In this document: piece by piece, positions 59,810-64,000 of the stretch
Layout of the letters: every line of letters begins with the position of its first letter
How positions within the stretch are numbered: position 1 is the first letter of the stretch
Assembly (NCBI GenBank): GCA_010356995.1
Contig: ML996696.1
Span: 560,364-624,363, forward strand
Length of the DNA: 64,000 nucleotides
Source of the DNA: Trichodelitschia bisporula
Lineage: Eukaryota
Reading direction: 5' to 3'
Program-made: the position numbers and the translations under genes
The notes under the pieces: generated by a model
Seen by the model: only the letters and a program-made list of their open reading frames with translations
Told to the model about the DNA's origin: nothing
Database searches by the model: none

Positions 59810-61425
59810 ATGGGCGCAAACCAATCCTCCTCCGAGCCAGGAGAGGCCTCGTCCATCACCGAGGGGCCAAAGACCAGCTACTACAAGCTGCTAGGCGTGG
59901 AACGCAACTCAACAGACGACGAGTGCGCCCTCCATCTTCCCTTTCGCCCCCTCTAACCCTCCATAGAATTAAAAAAGCCTATCGCAAGCGTGCCCTCGAA
60001 CTCCATCCCGACCGCAACTTCGGCAACGAAGCTGAATCTACGAACCTCTTCGCTGCCGTGCAAACAGCCTATGAAGTTCTCTCCGACCCACACGAGCGCG
60101 CTTGGTATGATGACCATGAAGATGCGATTCTGGGCGGGGAGGATGAGACTGCAGCGCCGAATGCCAGCGCAGCCGAGCACGGCGGCGCGGCCCGCGGTAT
60201 GACCGCCGCGGAGGTCAGCCGCGTGATGGGCCTGTTCGGGCGCAAAGTCGCCTTCACCGATGCGCCGGACGGATTCTTCGGCTTCCTGCAATCCACCTTC
60301 GAGCGCCTCGCGCACGAGGAGGAGCTCGCATCGCGCACGTCGACAGACGAGCCTGTCGACTACCCACCCTTCGGACACGCAGCCGATACGTACGAGGACG
60401 TAGCGCGACCATTTTATTCCGCGTGGGCTGGCTTCGGTACGCGCAAGAGCTTCGCTTGGGCGGATAAGTACCGCCCGTCTGCAGCGAATGACCGCCGCGA
60501 GCGGCGCATGGTTGAGAAAGAGAATGCGAGGCTGAGAGCTGCGGCGGTGGCAGAGTTCAATGGTGCGGTGCGCGCGCTCGTCGCGTTTGCGCAGAAGCGC
60601 GATCCGCGTGTTGCGGAACGTAAGGTTCAGTCCGAGGCAGAGCGCGTTGCTGAGTTGCGGAAGGCGGCGGCGGCGCAGGCTGCTAGGTCAAGAGCGGCGC
60701 AGCGGGCGGCGGAGGGAGATGTGGAGGCGGTGCCTGAGTGGGCAAGGGCGAGGGCGGCGGATGAGGAGAGCGAGAGCGAGGAGAGTGAGGTGGAGGAGGA
60801 GTATGAGTGTGTGGCGTGCCGGAAGAGGTTTAAGAGTGAGAGGCAGGTGGAGGCGCATGAGCGGAGTAAGAAGCATCTCAAGGCGGTACAGGCGTTGAGG
60901 AGGCAGATGATGCGGGATGAGGTGGGGTTGGATCTTGAGGGGGAGGGGTTGGAGGAGGGGGAGATGGTGGAGGATGACGGTGGAGGGGAGGAGGAGGGCG
61001 CGGCGGAGGGCGAGGCGGAGGAGGAGGTGCCGGATGTGGCCGGGTTGACTGTTGGGGATGGAGTGGAGGTGGAGGCTGTCGTCCCGAATAACGAACCCAT
61101 ACACGATCCCGAGCCGCATCCCGCACCCGACCCTGCCGACACGTCCTCCGAAGCCGAAGATGAAGACGAAGAAAAACCCACTCCCTCGGCCTCGCACCCA
61201 CCTTCCGACACCGAAGCCCCCCCACCCCCCAAAAAGCTAGGCAAAGCGGCCCTAAAACGCGCCAAAAAGGCCGCCCAAGCCACACCCGACACAGACCTGC
61301 CCCATAAGTGCGCTGCGTGCGGCTCTGCGTTTGGCAGCCGCTCGAAGTTATTCCAGCATATCGCCGACTGGGGACATGCAGCGCCGGTGCAAGGAGCGGT
61401 GGGAGGGAAGAAGAAGAAGAAATAG
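59810..61425 (+). CDS. JJJ1: J-domain protein with C2H2 zinc fingers (Jjj1/DNAJC21-like)
   Basis: YYKLLGV..IKKAYRKRALELHPDRN..AYEVLSDPHERAWYD, zuotin-like region FYSAW..F.TRKSFAW and two zinc fingers (CVACRKRFKSE..HERSKKH, CAACGSAFGSRSKLFQHI). Intron 59923-59966. Confidence 0.9.
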
Positions 61426-61626
61426 CGGGGTAATGGGGAAGCGGGTTGCTTGTTAGATACAGAGTAGAGCTTAGAGGTAGATATCACGACGCATGAATTG
61501 GGGGTATCAAAGGCCAGTTCTGGGCACGGCTTAATCCCGCAGCGATGAAGGGCACGCTTCCTGGCCCAAGCCCCCTTCCCCTATTCGGATTCCGACACCA
61601 CTCCGATCCCTCGTCATTCGTACCCC

Positions 61627-63043
61627 TTACGCCCCTGCCCCCCCCTCCCACCCCGCCACATACCCCCCCAACCTCTCTAACCTCCCCACCGCAACCCCCA
61701 CCCCCCTCCCCCCACACACAGCCCAACACCGCGCATCCCTCCCCACAGCCCCACCCACAATCTCCCCGGCCCCCTCCTCACCAAACATCTCCCCCAAGTC
61801 ATAAACCGGCACCCGGGCACCCCTCCACTCAACCGTACGCCACCGCGGCAGCGCCGGTACCACTGGCGTCTCCTTCTCCTTCTTAACCTTAACCTGCACC
61901 CTGTCACCGCGCTCACCCCCGCGCGCCCACTCCCCGCTCTTCAGCATCTGCGTCTCCCTCTCTAGCCGCGCCGCGCGCCGCGCCCGCCCTACCTGCCACG
62001 CCTTGACTTCCCTGGCTAATTCGCGTGTGTGTGTCTCGGCTGCGCGTATTTGTTCCATGGCCGTGCGCACTGCTGCGCCCTCTACGTAGCCCGCGTACAC
62101 GACAGCGACCACGCCGTCCACGGCGCCTGCCTCCGAGGCATCGCCCAGCGGGTGTGCGGCCTCGCTCCGCAGCACGCGCCGCACGTGGCCCGCTGCGCTC
62201 TGGCGCAGCAGCGCCAGGACCAGGTCCGGCATGTCAGGGCGCCAGACCACGTTTTCCGCAGCCATGGGTCCGAGTTTGCCCTTTTGGCGCTTGGTGAGCG
62301 CGCGCTCGTAGTGGCCTTTCGTGGCGAGGGAGGCGATTAGGGGCGCGGAGAGATTGAGGTACGAGGCTGAGGCGCCGGGGGTGAGCGGGGTGGGGGGGTT
62401 GCGCCATCGCGGGGATTCCTCGTGCAGGATGCTGGCGCCGAAGGATGCTTCGTGGAAGAGCGTGTCTGGTATTAGGGCGGGGGCGTGGGGTGGGTGCGGT
62501 GCGTGTTGGACTGTGAAGCGCAGGAGGAGGGCGCGGGGGAGGCGCGTGTTTGTTACGGGGCAGTTGCGGACTTGGGAGGCGAGGGTGTTTGCTGGGGGGT
62601 GTTAGAGGGTTTTGGTGAGGGGGGGTTTGGCGGAACGTACCGAATGCGTTTGCGTACAGCTTACGCTGGAATGAAGTCTTGTCCGCGTATGCGGGCTCTG
62701 CGGCTTTGGGCGCTGTGTGCTTTGCGCGCTGGGCGATGAGCGAGGGGTCCATGAGGGGGGAGAGGGGGAGGGGGGAGAAGGGCCCGCGGCGGGGACGGAG
62801 GTTGCGTGGGTGATGTGCGGTGTTGCTGGCGGCATCTGGGAGAGGGTTTGGAGGGCCATCTTCTATTGCGGGAGCTGTAGAGCCTTCTGGTGGGAGAGAC
62901 GTAGAGCTATCTTCCGTCGAGGAAGCTGTAGAGGGTATCCGGAACGAGCCATCCCAACCCCGCGCCTGTGAGCTGTATCCGGACCGACATAACTGGCATT
63001 GAAGTCGCACGGGGCGTGTTGGCCATAATCGTGGCGGTGGCAT
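61627..63043 (-). CDS. Hypothetical, probably mitochondrial protein
   Basis: Presequence-like MPPPRLWPTRPVRLQCQLCRSGYSS, then LPLSPLMDP and FQRKLYANAF|ANTLASQVRNCPVTNTRLPRALLLRF across an intron at about 62593-62641, continuing toward VWRPDMPDLVL. The frame between these blocks was not checked base by base. Confidence 0.7.
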
Positions 63044-63201
63044 ATTCGATGTGCGGTGCGGCGGGGAGCGGAGGTGCCGCGAGGTGGATGAAGTTTTGGC
63101 GCGGGCGCGCGGCTGGCTGCGCGCGATTGGCGCTAGGGCTGCATCCCACAACCTCACCTCCCTCGCCCAACTGCACGTGCGCACGACGTTTGCGCCTCGA
63201 C

Positions 63202-64000
63202 ATGAAGTCCATTTCGCTGTTAATACGAGGTGGGAGAGCGGTGCGGAGCGTTAGGGGGTTTGCGAGTGCGACGAGAAGGGGGGCGCCGCCGATGGGATGG
63301 ACCCCAACGCCGTATGTTACTGAGACGCTGGTGGGTGCGATGTGTACACGCTTGGGCTGAAGCTGATGATGCAGGGTGGAGGGTGGCATACGTGTAGGCC
63401 TCGGCTCGTCTGCTCGGGTGGTCATGCAGGCTGATGGTGTGTAGACGACATCTACTCGCGGCTCCTCAAGGCAAGCCAACCTTCGCGTGCACCCGCCGTC
63501 GCCATGACTGACGACTCAGGAACGCATCGTGTGTCTCAACGGCGAAGTCAACCAAGAATGCTCGGCCTCCATCGTTGCGCAGCTCCTCTTCCTCGAGGCT
63601 GAGAACCCGGACCGGCCCATCAGTCTCTACATCAACTCACCGGGCGGATCAGTAACAGCAGGTAAGGCCCCCGCTCCGCATGTTTTCCCCCGCTAAGCCC
63701 CAGGCCTCGCCATCTACGACACCATGACCTACATCCGCTCCCCCGTGTCCACCATCTGCGTTGGGCAAGCCGCATCCATGGGCTCGCTGCTTCTCTGCGG
63801 CGGCGCGCCTGGACAGCGCTTCTGTCTCCCGCACAGCAGCATCATGGTGCACCAGCCCAGCGGCGGGTACTTTGGCCAGGCGAGCGATATCGCGATCCAC
63901 GCGAAGGAGATTCTGCGCGTAAGACACCAGCTCAATCTCATCTACCAGCGGCACATGAGCAAGCCGCACGGTATTGATGCGATTGAGAAGCTGATGGAGC
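63202..64000 (+). CDS. CLPP: Mitochondrial ATP-dependent Clp protease proteolytic subunit (3' end outside the window)
   Basis: Spliced [79 protein letters not shown]. Introns 63331-63374, 63394-63444, 63471-63519 (GC-AG) and 63662-63703. Confidence 0.95.

Overview
Gene-dense, intron-containing eukaryotic DNA from a filamentous ascomycete (Pezizomycotina, probably Dothideomycetes-like; inferred from short GT-AG introns with CTRAC branch sites and from protein similarity). I can reconstruct about 25 protein-coding genes, mostly housekeeping: Pom152 (partial), a BAP1/UCH37-like deubiquitinase, an ASPM-like CH/IQ protein, Kap121/importin-5, a CBS-PB1 protein, Rps26, a VanZ-like protein, Spt7, a neutral amino acid permease, Dhh1, a rhomboid protease, DopA, Mon1, a D-serine dehydratase-like enzyme, a Yvc1-like TRP channel, a Ytp1-like membrane protein, an SPX-RING E3 ligase, a Jjj1-like J-protein, ClpP (partial) and several hypothetical proteins. 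I found no tRNA, rRNA, CRISPR array, transposon or secondary-metabolite cluster, and nothing I can confidently call a new biological system. The most notable signals are a nuclear-looking BAP1-like UCH paralogue, GC-AG introns next to microexons (TRP channel, ClpP), a long structured TRP-channel intron with a cryptic acceptor, three in-frame stop-free introns, a CaaX tail on the SPX-RING ligase, a 71-bp palindrome-rich intergenic duplication, strong intragenic G/C-skew domains and a 3.6-kb interval with no recognisable gene. Exon boundaries were read by eye and family calls rest on recalled motifs, not database searches.
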